A stretch of DNA of 60,866 bases, filler included, from Rhabdomonas costata (Eukaryota): assembly GCA_019059605.1 (NCBI GenBank). It is 13 parts of 13 records of this genome, joined end to end, with 100 filler letters (N's around TTAATTAATTAA, not from the genome) between each part and the next. Parts side by side here need not be neighbours in the genome. Positions count along the whole stretch, not along the records: positions 1 to 4,589 come from JAHMHO010000194.1; positions 4,690 to 9,304 come from JAHMHO010000195.1; positions 9,405 to 14,011 come from JAHMHO010000196.1; 10 more parts are not named here. One strand, given 5' to 3'. Made by a program: the position numbers and the translations under genes. Positions 1 to 11,988 of this stretch are shown here, piece by piece (position 1 is the stretch's first letter; the number at the start of each line of letters is the position of its first letter). The notes beneath the pieces were generated by a model. It was not told the origin of the DNA. It worked only from the letters and a program-made list of their open reading frames with translations, and ran no database searches.

Positions 1-383
1 AGGAGGAAGAGACCCGGCTGTTATACGGTTTGCTGTTTTGAAACACGGTGAGGTACGAAATAAGAAATTTGGACATCATTCAGATAGATCAGTGTCAGCG
101 CGCACTGGCTTGGTGCTCGCATTTTCCCTTCTGGGCTTCCCAAAGCTGGTGGGGGGAAAGCTCCATCGGAATTACGACTGAGTTTGGCCAAAATCTAGCT
201 TTGGGAAGCCCAGAAGGGAAATATATCGAGGTAGACAACAAGGAGAGGCAAGAAAAAGGAGGAAGAGACCCGGCTGTTATACGGTTTGCTGTTTTGAAAC
301 ACGGTGAGGTACGAAATAAGAAATTTGGACATCATTCAGATAGATCACTGTCAGCGCGCACTGGCTTGGTGCTCGCATTTTCC
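1..383. repeat. 127-bp direct repeat (1-127 / 257-383, 1 mismatch) enclosing a perfect 25-bp inverted repeat (123-147 / 197-221)
   Basis: Direct comparison of the two copies. ORFs at 48 and 304 start identically, offset 256. TTTCCCTTCTGGGCTTCCCAAAGCT is followed by its exact reverse complement. Confidence 0.9.
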
Positions 384-563
384 GGGTTTTAGGAAGAGCC
401 CCACCCTCCCCCCAAACGTCCCAAATCTTTGTCAGAAGCTGTTAAACCGTTTCTCATGGCCGACCTACAGAGACTGCTCTTTCCTGGGTGAATTCTGGGT
501 GGACCCTGGTGGACTGTTTTTGGTGAATTGGTGCAAGGGTGCAAGGCGAAGCCAACACATACG

Positions 564-3500
564 AATGCACTCCGCCGGCCTGTCCAAGGTGTGCCCAAAC
601 ACCCGCCGCAGTTGCTGCCAGTACACCGTCCGAGGAGTTTCCCGCCGCACGCGGAGCAGGACCTCCATGGCACGGTAGCGTACCCCTAAAGTTTTTGGGC
701 GCCACCAAACAAATAAACACTGGTCAACGGTCCCGAATGCACTTAATACAGAAGCGCAACAGCAACAGCACGCCACAGCACAGCACACCCAAGTACAGCC
801 GTGCCGCCAATGGGTTTCCTGCGCGGCACAGGTGGGCGACAAGTTCCGGAAGCTTGTGGCGGGGCAGGTACCCCGAGGCCTGGGGGTCGAAGCCCTGCCA
901 AACCATGACGAAGTGGCTGAGGTCATCATCCGTGATCAGCTGCTTCTGGGCCTCCCAGTCGGTGAATTGGCCCAGGATGACGGCGAGGACGAGGTTAAGA
1001 AAGATGTACGCTCCGATAATCATTGCAGCAATGAAGTAAAAGTAGGAGAGCTTGCTGCCGCAGTCGTCGAAGTCAAGAGTCTCGGTGCAGAAGGGTGGCC
1101 GGATGGCCGCGTCGTGCATCACGCCACTCCACACGTCCAAGGTGGCGATCCGCATCACAATGATCATGCTACCGCCGATGGTGCGGAAGTTGGTGTCCGG
1201 GTTTAAGTAGGTGGAGAACCGGCAGTGAGAGAAAGCGTCCACCCCGACCACGGCAAAAACGTAGAAGAACAGCAACAGGACCACCGAGACCTCTAGAATC
1301 CGTGGGGTCGACACCAGCAGCATCCGGAAAAACTCCCCGAGCTGCTTTGTTCCCCGGATCAGCCGGAACATCCGGCACACCCGCAGAACTCGGATCACAC
1401 TGATGCCGACCCCCGCCTCCCGGCCCACAACCGCGCCTTGTACAATGACTGAGACAAAGCTTGCCAGCCCGACCAAGAAGTCGAAGACGTTCCAGTAGTC
1501 TTCGAAGTAGTTCTCGAACCCCCATGCAGCAATCTTCAAGATCACCTCCGCCGCGAACAAAATGGCGATGACCTGAAATGCACAACGACGCACGACCGAA
1601 GGCATGAAATTGTGCGGACCATGGCGGACTCTTCGGGAGATTAACGCCAAAAAGGACCGCTGGTCATGTTGTGAAGTGTAATCCAGTTGAGGCAGAGTCA
1701 ACTCTGAGTTTGCCTACAAAACGTGACCACGGGCAGTACACAACGAAACGAACCAACTATTACAGCAATCTACACCTGATTAATGACATCCAGAAACGTG
1801 GAGAAGCCGTCGCTCATCCCTTGGTAGTACAAGCACATCACCAGCACATTGAGCGCAATCAGGGCATTCACAACGTAGTCTAAGTACGACCACTTCTGCG
1901 AGGAGAGGTCCTTCCTCGGGATGACTTGCAGTCGACGGGACGAGCCCCCCAGCCCAGGTCGTTGGGTTGAACGGTGCTCTTCAGCCCAGCCGAGGTGATA
2001 GGGGTACTCCACTGCTGTGAAGGCCAATGAACGCCACCGTGGCTCAAGAGGCTTCCTGAGCCGAATGGGGCGAACAAGAAAAAGGCGTCGCAGCAGGACC
2101 ATGTACATCCGCTGCTGGTCGGACTGCAGGCTCTCTCCAGACTGCGCGCTGATGTTGCGGAGGATAATCCCGGAGAACACATTCACGATGTACCAGCTGC
2201 AAAAAAGAGCTACGAACATGAAGTACACGATCATCCCCGGGGAGGCAAAGGGTTGGGGCTGTAGGTCTCGGCCTCGTACGTCCAAGGAGCGGTAAACGTA
2301 GTCCGGCCACTCCGCCATTGTCGCGATCTCCACTACGGTGCAGATGGCGTAGAAAATGTTGTCGAAGTTCTGTACTGGGGTCAGCCAGGCCCTGGGCTGC
2401 AGCACACCTTCGGACACGAAAATGCCCACGCACTGGCTTTTGGAATTCACGGACCCATCTGTGCAGTACGACAGCTTTCGTGCAAAGAGGTACATCCCCA
2501 GCAGTGCGAAAAAGTGATAGACCCCAAAGAAGAGCACAAAAGCATCCAGAATTGGCAACGCGGAGGCTATCAGCGAGTCCATGACGAGCTTTAAGCCCGA
2601 GCTTTTGGGGATCATCCTAAGTGGCCGGAGCGCTCTCACAAACCACAGCACCCGAACGTTCGGCAGGCAGTAGGCCAGAAGTTGGAAGAACAACAAGGTG
2701 AGATCGAATACATTCCACTGGTCCCGTAAATAAGGTCGATTCCGACCTCCTCCGGGATGCAGCACAAAGCTCTCGGCCACGATCTTCATTGCTGCCTCCA
2801 AGGTAAACACTGTAAACGACAGGGCATCAATCACATCAACCGCAACGGAAGCAGCTCTGTTTGTGTAGGTTTGTGAAGGCCGGGCCTCTCGGACTGCGAC
2901 AATGGCTGGAGTAACACAAGACGCCAGAATGAAGAAGATAACCACCGCGATGAAATACCTACTGTAAACCACTTTCGCGCAAAGTTTTCGAAACATGGAA
3001 TCCTGGGAAAACAGGTAGAGTGAAAACGTTGAGCGGTCTTCGCCAAAGAAGGTCGGCTGAGCGGGGGCCAGTTTACCACCAATAACAGAGCCCACCTCAC
3101 TTGGGTTGAGATCTTCTTGAAGCCGGGCCTCCAGTTCTCGCCTGGCCTGTCTTTCTCTCTCATCACTGATGAAGAGATTCTCTACCACAAAGGCAATCAT
3201 CAGGTTGATCAAAACAAACGCAACGAAGATTCGGAAGGAGAGCATCAGGATCGCTGCCGGAACCACGTCCAGATCTCCTGGAATGGCCATGGTTTGATAA
3301 ATGAGAGACCCCCAGTCGTCCCCCGTCATAACCTGGAAAAGCATCAGCCAAGATTTGGACAGCGTGCTGAAGTTGGCGCGAGCACTCAGGCCGTTCTCAT
3401 CTGTCATGTCACTTCCTCCAAACCAAAGTCTTCCAACAATCCCGTAAAGGAAGACAGTCAGCATCATCAGAGCGCCCATACAGAGCAGTGGCAACAGTCC

Positions 3501-4570
3501 CCGCAAAAGGGCATTGAGGATTCGATTCAGCTCGCGAAAGTGCTTAAGAAGAAGCAACCCTCGAACAAACCGAATGGACATCAGAAAAAGGAGCCAGTCA
3601 TTGATGGAGATGAAGCCAATCACAGATATGAACACCAAACAGGCATCCACAGTGTTCCACGGTTGGCTAAAAAAGTGGGCGAAAGAGGGGCAAGCAGCGA
3701 TTCTAAGCACCAGCTCCACGGCAAAGGCAACGAACAAGTAGGTGTTCACAGCAAGAACCATTCCTTGCATGTCCTTCGACATGGTCTCAGCTACAGCCGG
3801 GTTCCACACGCTCTGAACGATGACGTTGACAATCACAACAACAACCATGGTTCCCACCGCGACTGGGTGCTCAACTGCCTTGCGCGCAAACTCACGGAAG
3901 TTCTGGCAAACCACAACGTCATCCATGACATCCCTGAAAAGAACAGGACACCCGCACATCCCAAAGGAACCATGTCAGGCACTGTTTGCTCAAGCCAAAA
4001 GACTTTTCCCGGAAAGGGCATCTACTGTATCCCCAACTAGACACAAAAAAAAACCATGGAGCCGTTCAGATTTTTATTTGAGCAAAATGATAAAGACAGC
4101 ACAAACCCTGCACAGTGAAATCGAATAAAAATAATAAAGACATACCTTCGTTTTTCAGCCTCCGGGTTATTTCGTGGTGCACCGGGATCCATCAAAGGTT
4201 TCCTCGCCTCTTCCACTAGAGACTTCTTTTGTCCCTCCAACCTTTCTCTGTACTTGAACACCACAGTACCCACAATCAGGTTGAGAATGATAAGCGCGAC
4301 CACAAATATCATCGAAAAGAACCAAAAGGCAGTAAAAATCGGCTCTTCTGAGTCTGCTAAGTAATTGAAGACGTTGGACCACCGATCATACTGAATGAGA
4401 CCAAACATCAGCAGCATTGCGGCAGCCATGTTGTCAAACGAGAGAAAATTGTGCTCCGGGTTGTTCTGACCAGTCTTGCAATACATTGTGGGACTGGGGC
4501 AGTGAAACCCAAAGTTTTTGTCCCCATTGCAAAACATTCGAGGGACCATTTCTTCGTCGGTGGCAATCAC
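564..4570 (-). CDS. Four-domain voltage-gated cation channel alpha subunit (Cav / NALCN-Cch1-like), 5'-truncated, spliced
   Basis: Exons ~4570-4146 (domain I pore/S6: SFDNMAAAMLLMFGLIQYDRW), 3933-1776 (domains II-III: WNTVD, WNVFD, RALRPLR, NFDNI), 1572-~790 (domain IV: WNVFDF, RVLRVCRMFRLIR, EF-hand-like DDDLSHFVMVWQGFDP) and ~683-564. GT-AG introns 4145-3934 and 1775-1573 are in compatible phase. Confidence 0.93.
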
Positions 4571-4589
4571 GTGGCAAGTTCGGGAAAGT

Positions 4590-4689
4590 NNNNNNNNNNN
4601 NNNNNNNNNNNNNNNNNNNNNNNNNNNNNNNNNTTAATTAATTAANNNNNNNNNNNNNNNNNNNNNNNNNNNNNNNNNNNNNNNNNNNN
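4590..4689. other. Artificial contig spacer (44N-TTAATTAATTAA-44N). Repeated at 9305-9404, 14012-14111, 18741-18840, 23425-23524, 28112-28211, 32790-32889, 37466-37565, 42141-42240, 46810-46909, 51518-51617, 56182-56281
   Basis: Identical 100-nt structure 12 times. The core has stop codons in all six frames. Intervening contigs are all ~4.56-4.63 kb. Confidence 0.99.
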
Positions 4690-7600
4690 AGAGGGAGAGA
4701 GAGAACACGTGCGGCGGGGGGTTGCTAGATTGCACTTTTGGAGTTGTTGACTTTCCTCGTGTTTTTTGCCGTTGCGCTAGCCCCGTCCTATTTATTGTCA
4801 TCGGTCATGTTTAGTACCGGCATCGCCACACGGACCTGCGCAACGGTTTCCCAAGCATCGCGAACGCCACTTTATCATTGTTTTTCGGTCAACGGAGGCC
4901 TGCGTTGGTGTCACCAGCCGTGGCTTGGTGGTTGTGTCTTCCGTTAGTTCTTCCCGCCTTGACTTTGACTACAAACCTCCGTGATCCGACCTCCGCTGTG
5001 TCGTACTCAGCCGCCCGAGTTGGGTTTGGTGTAAAAGCTTACAACGTTTGCAAGAGAACTTTGTTTCGTGGAAGCTTTGTTATTTTGAAAGAGATTTGCT
5101 TGGGAAAGGTTGAACTCAGAGCGGGCTTTACCGGCTCTTAATTTTTGTCCAGAACAGCATTTGCTTTTACAGAAAAAGAGCTTAGAGCTGAGCTGTTGCA
5201 GATGGTGTGTGTGTGTGTGTGTGTATGTGCGCGCGCGGGAAGAGGGAATCATTTTAATCTCACGAGATCAGTGAAGGGGCAATATGAAGTGAAGAGTGTT
5301 CTCCAGTTGTGGGCAGAAACGTTGAAGTGGTAGCAGTCCTGAAGCTCAAGAGTTTAGCGTTTAAGAAGGTTGCAAGGAAAGAGTGAAGACCTTTGTAAGG
5401 AGCTGACGTTTGAGAGGAGAAAAGTGTGTCGAAAGGAGAGCGCCGAAGAAAAAGAAGAAAGTGCAGAGCTCAGGTGTGGAGGACAACCTGGCTTGAGGAC
5501 GCCGCTGTTGACGAGCAAGCTGGAAACAGGCCTTGTCGACAAGGAGTGCGCGGAGAGCCATGGGAGCAGTAGTTGAGGGCATGGCAGGGCAGGGCATGGC
5601 CGCGGAACGAGGAGAAGTGGAGAGTGAGGGTTGAGGCCAAGAGGCCCCGGCCAGAAGCGCCCACCCAAGCTGGAAACCAAGATTGGCAGAGCAGGGGGAC
5701 AGCTGGAGGCCAAGGCGGAGCCAAAGCAGCGAAGAAGGCCGCCCCAGTTGTTGGAATAATCCATAGTTCCCCACCTATTGTTTTCACAGAGCTCCCGGAC
5801 AGGTTTCATGACGAGCTAACCATTGTGTCCTCTTGTTTAGTTTCCAGTATATATTTTTAAGCTTTTCGCACCTCGAATCCACCCGTGCCGCTGTCTTCTC
5901 CCGTTGCGCATCATTATTTCACGCTGCATTTCGGAGCCGATGCAATTGGACGTGGTTCGGAGCACCTCGTTGTAGCCTACCACCATGACCTTTACCACTT
6001 TTCAAAGATCGCACTACAACTTGTTTTTATGTCGCCCGGTTGACCTCAGGCGGGAGCCGTTTGTCCTCGCCATGCGTACGCGCAGGTCAACTGTGCGCGC
6101 CAAGAGCGGGATTCCCCAGGTAGCAACAATAGATCTTACTTTGTGAGTGGCGTGGTTGTTCACCCCCCCAATCATCTGCATCTTTAGCCTCTTTGCGCTA
6201 CTCTACAAGCTCCAGCAGATACGCGGAGGAGCAAAAACATTACCTCGAACGTACAAGGAGCGCAGCAGCGACCGCAGACACCAACAGACGAGCGGAGATC
6301 GTAAGAGAACGGGCAATTGTTGTTTGTATCGCCCCATTTTTGTTGTGATGCAGCCACAAATCATGTTTCCACTGCAGAGCCGAGGATCATTGGGCTGATG
6401 AGTGCCCAAGGAAGCGCAAGGACGAGCGGCAGAAGGCCACACAGCATTCGGCGTCTTCTTCTACCATGCAGTCGTTGAAAGTGAGCGGTCGTTGATTTGG
6501 GATTCATCGACCGATTGCCATTTGCCCCGCAGTGTTAGCGCTGTAGATTACATTTCTTAATAATAACAAGTTCCTTGCGGAGAGGGACTTTCGTGTTCTC
6601 GGAAAGCCGAGAAACTGGATACCCCAACGCAGACGTACTAGTAGTTTTATACGTGCGGAGCGTCAGAGCCGTCCAGTTCAGAACCATCTAGCGCAAAAGT
6701 TTTGCAGCAGCAACTGTTGAATCCAGAGGTCATCATGGTCAATCGAATGGTTCCGTCCACGGGGTCCAGCGCGGGGCCCATTCGTACATACACAACCAGC
6801 GCTGACAATGCAATCCCGTTTCCGGATGAAAACGTCGAGAACGTGTAAGGTTACTTGCGGAAATACTCAGTCATGTCAAAGCACCCGCCCGGGAATACAA
6901 CCAGAGCGTTTCAATGTCCTGCTCATGTTTGGCAACGTGCGCAGTTTTTTTCGTGGAAAGTTTGGTCAGAGGATGAACTTAGCTCACTGAAACAGCCGGC
7001 TGCATCCAATGCGGAATGTGTGGGGACAGGACGGCGTAGCGTCCCGTACCAGGCGTTGCTTTTCAAAATTCAAAAAATTCGAATATGTAGTCTGGCTTGG
7101 TACTTGGAAACGGTTTGGCAAAGTTAACACATACTTTCACCCACATCACATGGAGGTTTCATCGATTGGAAGTTGCATAAAGGAACGAAAGCCAAATCCC
7201 TGTAGAAGAAGCACAGAAGCATAAAAGTGCAGAATCTAAGAGATGGAGGCTTATAGGAGAGGCGCGCTGGAAGACGAAGGAAATAGGCATACGGAGGCGC
7301 AGGGAAGGGCAGAATAGGGTGTGCTTGGCGGAGGCAAAAAATAAAGGGTGAGGATGCCGCACGTCTCGCGCCACGGCTCGGGCGGACAGAAAAAGACAAA
7401 TACCACCACAGCAAAGCATGGGGATAACACACACAGAATCCAGAAAGATGAAGCACAGAAAGACAGGCATCTAGGAGGGTGACGACCAAGGAGGACGAGT
7501 AGCGTAGCGACAAGGACGTAAAGGGCATTATTTCTTAACTTCTTCTCACACTAAGGAGGCATTCGAGGTACCTAGAATGCCGACTATCTTCATACACTTG

Positions 7601-8649
7601 AGTTGTGAGTGAACGGAACGCATCGCGGTGAGTTAACGAACCACGCATTTGTGATGGAGGAACGAACGCAGTGACTGACTGCCGAAATCAAATACAAGTG
7701 GCCCCAGGACACGAAAGCAGTGAGAGTGATGTGGATAGAAGGAGGAATGACGAGCATCGCGAGTCATGACGACGTAAAGAAGTATGAGGGATGGTGAGCG
7801 CAGCGAGACATCCAGACATCATCTTCAAAATACACTACGTCGTCACGATGCTCGCGTCCTATCACATCTTTCCACCATTAACCACGCGTGTCATTCCTCT
7901 AACTCCACAGCCATAAGACGCTCACGTGAGATCCGTCCGGGCGTAGCCACAGTGGAATACCTGAGTGAGTGGTGAAGAGTGAATGTTACGCTTACACTTT
8001 CAGCATCACTCACTCACCTCCTGACACTGCATGACAACAAGGTGGTAGCGACCATGACACCCTCCTTCCTTCTACGTGATGGATTGAAGTGGTTGTTGCG
8101 CCACTACCAGCATGTAGGGTTGGGAGTACCATGGCTGATACCGACCATGCCTCATAACATCACCCTGGGTTGGAGTGGTGTTTCATGTGGTAGGAGTGGG
8201 GGATGCCACTACGCTATCGCTTACTCCATGTCCACTACAACCACTAGGTACCATGCGTAATGCCTAAAAACTAGGGTAACAGAGCCGCTAGGTTGTGCTC
8301 ACCTACGCCATGGCAGTCGAAGCTCAGCACATACAAATGACCAACCTGTGGCGTTCCTGCACAATATTGCCTTGACTGTTACCAGTGTCCTTCTGCGTGC
8401 ATACTCCGTCGTTGCCAACGTCATCACGTGTTGGCGTTTGGATTCAAGCCTGCCTTTCCATTCGTGTGGTGGATCGTGTTTCAACACAGTAGGAATCACG
8501 GATCTCACATGTGGGTCTCACATGCTGCCATCTTAGCGTTGGGTTTACGTGTCCGTAGAGAGGTGGTTTCACTCTTGTTATCAGCTAGATATTGCAGTCT
8601 CAGTAAAGCTTCCAGGGTCTTTCCGGCCTTCCCCGTTTTAAGATCCCGA

Positions 8650-9304
8650 TGGACTTCCGCAGAACCGAATGCGGAACAGACACCGAACCCAGAGACAGAT
8701 ACAGAAGCGAATACAGAAGCAGAGACAGAACCCAAGACCAACCTCAGAAGAGGAACCACGACACCGAAACAGAAACGAAGACAGACGCAACGCTCCACCA
8801 TTCACCTTCCATCATCCACGCATCCTCACCATCTGACACAACACCCCTCAACCATCGACCCACCATACGACAGAAGCGCGAACACAGTGACCTTGACCCT
8901 CCACCTTCCAACGTGACACCGTGACCCTCCATCCTCACCATCGCATTCTGACACTCCGTCTGACCCTCGAACCTCAACCTTCTGACCCCTGACATCTGAC
9001 ACCGAACGCTGACCCTGATCCTAAAACTGACCCTCTGAATCCAACGCAAATCCCACGACCCACCACCACGAAACCAAACCCATCTGACCCTCACCTTCCA
9101 CCTTCCACACTACCCTCCATCTCACTCATAACACAGCTCAGAACCCTCACACCAAAACCAAACCCTGACCCCAAAATCCAAACTCTGACCCTCAGACTCC
9201 GACATACTACCCTACGACTCCTACTCAGAACCTTACCATTACCCTTACACCAATACCATAACTCAAAAGAAGAAGAACACGCCCGAGTACACGAATAAAA
9301 ACCA
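8650..9304 (+). repeat. Degenerate Thr/Leu/Pro/Glu-rich low-complexity repeat (ACC-CTG/CTC-like units), frameshifted
   Basis: Strong A/C skew with recurring CTGACCC/ACCCTC and ACAGAAGC units. Short frames read ETDTEANTEAETE and TVTLTL but break repeatedly. Confidence 0.55.
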
Positions 9305-9886
9305 NNNNNNNNNNNNNNNNNNNNNNNNNNNNNNNNNNNNNNNNNNNNTTAATTAATTAANNNNNNNNNNNNNNNNNNNNNNNNNNNNNNNNNNNNNNNN
9401 NNNNCGTCTTCTGTCGCCGCTGTCGTCTTCTGTCGCCGCTGTGGTGTTTTCAGACGTGACGGCAAATGTTATATTGCTTTTGACCTCGCTATCACCAGGG
9501 GTGTGGGGGGGAACAGATCCGAGATGGATTCTGATGGAAATAGATGGAAGGAAAAATGCCTATTTGGCATCACCCTTTTTGTGAAAAGCTGGTTCTTCGG
9601 AGCGCCTGCTGAGCGAACCTGAGACAGGAGGCTGGATATCGACCTGGGAGACTAGCGAGTGGTGGGCCATGGCTCGGCGGATAGCACTTCGTCCCAGGGG
9701 ACAGAAGGCGCACGAATACTTGTGAGAGCCGAGGGACCAGACGACAACTAAGTCGCAAGGTAGGGTTCAGAATCCCAGCTGAACCCTGTCGTCATGTTGC
9801 GCCCAAGAGTTGCGTTCTTATTGTCATGGCAGTGCTCATGCAAGGATAATATCTCTGTGTCAGTAAGTCTGTGAGTGTGTGAGAGG

Positions 9887-11164
9887 ATGAAAGGTCTGGG
9901 AGAGCCCGAGTTCTCCCGCACCACGGTGATGCTCTCTGTGGCGAGCTACTCCGCTTGCTCTGGCGGGATGCTACTGATCAACAAGCTCGCCTTGCACTTC
10001 TTTCCCCTTCCCTCCACCATCACGTTGGTTCAGCTCGTGTTCTGCGTGGCGGTGCTGCACCTGTTTCAAGCCGGGGGTCTGCTTCAGCTGGACGCCCTGA
10101 CTTGGTCGAAGATCCGTCCCTACATGGTGTACAACGTGGCCTTCGCCGCCTACGCCTACGCCAACATGCGGGCGCTGCAGGACAGCGGGGTCGACACGGT
10201 GATCCTTTTCCGGTGCTGCAGTCCACTAGTGATCGCTGTGCTGGACTGGGTCTTTCTTGGTCGTGCGCTGCCCTCGTGGCGGTCCACGGTCTCCCTGGTG
10301 CTCATCTGTGTGGGTGGGGTCGGGTTCGTTGAGGTGGACCACACGTACGGCGCGCTGGGGTGGCGGGCGTACACGTGGTGCCTGATCTACCTTGCGCTGC
10401 TGTGCTTCCTGATCTGCTTTGGAAAGCAGATCGTGGCGTCGCTGAAGCTTAATGGGACGGTATGGAATGCTCCTCTTCTGTCCTTCTCCCTTCTTTGTTC
10501 GCAATTGATTTCTGTCATCGCACGGAGGCTGTTTGTGCCCCCAACAACTTACTGCTCGAACGACTTGAAGGATGCTTCTGCGTTTCCGCTTGTGTAACGC
10601 CTTTCCTGCTGCTTCATTTAGGTACATCGCGGGTTGCAGACCGCCCTGACCCTTATGGTTGAAGCTGAGGGGACGTTCAATCACATCTTTAATCACGTTA
10701 ATCTCCAACGCGGATGTGTTCACTTAAGGGTGCTAAATATGGGTCCGAATGTCGTTGAATTGTGAGTATTCCCACAGTGGGAAAATGTCATTTTGACGCC
10801 CCTGGGAGTAAACTGGCCACTGATAGGTGCTCAATTATCTCGTTTCCGTGTCAGATTCATGAGCACTTACAACCATCAGAAGGAGCCTGTTGTATTCTTT
10901 TTGAGGGGGGAGGGAATCCAGTTCCTCACGCATCGTCGATTTTTTTTCCTGTTTAGACCGGGCATGTTTATTACACTAACCTGCTGAGCATCCCCTTCAT
11001 CATGACGGTGGTGGCGGGCAGCGGGGAAGTGGAACGCCTTCACACGATGAACCTTACGTGGCACGCCTGGGTCTTTCTGATCTTGTCGTGCATCTTCGGC
11101 GTGGCCATCTCATGGACGGGCTGGCACTGCCGCACCGTGCTCTCCGCTACGGCGTTCACCATTG
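9887..11164 (+). CDS. Nucleotide-sugar transporter, GDP-mannose (GONST/LPG2/Vrg4-like) family; last exon(s) not resolved
   Basis: Exon 9887-10459 (SYSACSGGMLLINKLAL, YANMRALQ, VDTVILFRCCSPLVIAVLDWVFLGR). GT-AG intron 10460-10956. Exon 10957-11164 (VYYTNLLSIP, LSCIFGVAISWTGWHCRTVLSATAFT). Confidence 0.88.
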
Positions 11165-11988
11165 GTACCATATGCCCTGGCCTCAGTTTTTGCCTCCCCT
11201 ACACACAACCGCACATGTGCTCTCCAGTGTGTCCTCTGCTGGAACGGCGCCTCTCTGTTCATCTCTTTAGCCTGGTGACAAAAAGAACAAAAGTGATAGA
11301 ACGTGGCGTGTGAGTCACCACCTCTATGATGGGCTAGAACAGTAACCAAAATTCCCGCGTTCTCTTACACTCTTTCCTCTCCCCTCTTCTTCTTTCTCAT
11401 CGCACACTTTATCTACTATATCTTAGTGCTGAGGTGCGTTTTGGACAACTGCTCCTCCACCTCCCCCCACCGTTTTCTTGGCATCTTTTTGCTCCACCTA
11501 CACTGGAGAAGGAAATTGTGGTCAAGGTTTGAAAAAAAACGAGGAGTAAATTCCTGTGGATTTCTGACTTGTAGGAATTTGAAATCGGTTCGTGCGGCAA
11601 CCGGATACTAACAACGAACGAAGACCTCAAGTCGAAATGAATCGAAAAGAACGAGTTGATACCTTTTTTGACTGGGACCCAACTCCCCCAGAGAACGCCA
11701 GTTGTTCCAAATAATACATGAAATTGTTATTCCAGCTCAGCCCAGGGCTCACCCCTTCACCCTCACTTGGACAACTCATCGAATTCTTGTGTTCCAAAAA
11801 AAAAAGCGCGTGCTCATAAGCACAGCACACGGTCACAATTCCTCCTCCAACCATGTGCAACTGTGCAGGGTACAGGACGCAATTTGGCAAAAGCCCGTGC
11901 AAGCGGCACATAGCAAACAGCACAGAGAGAGGTGAGCAACGGGAACCGCGTCCTCTCTTTTTGTATCCACACAACCCCACACAATCTG

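Noticed and set aside
5260..5760. Purine-rich, gag-like broken ORFs
   Set aside because: No zinc knuckle, RT or LTR evidence; cannot be supported as a retroelement.
7200..9304. Hypothesis that this stretch is reversed or complement-only sequence
   Set aside because: The reversed frames I tested near the 3' end gave no convincing ORF, and the forward strand already reads as degenerate Thr-Leu repeats.
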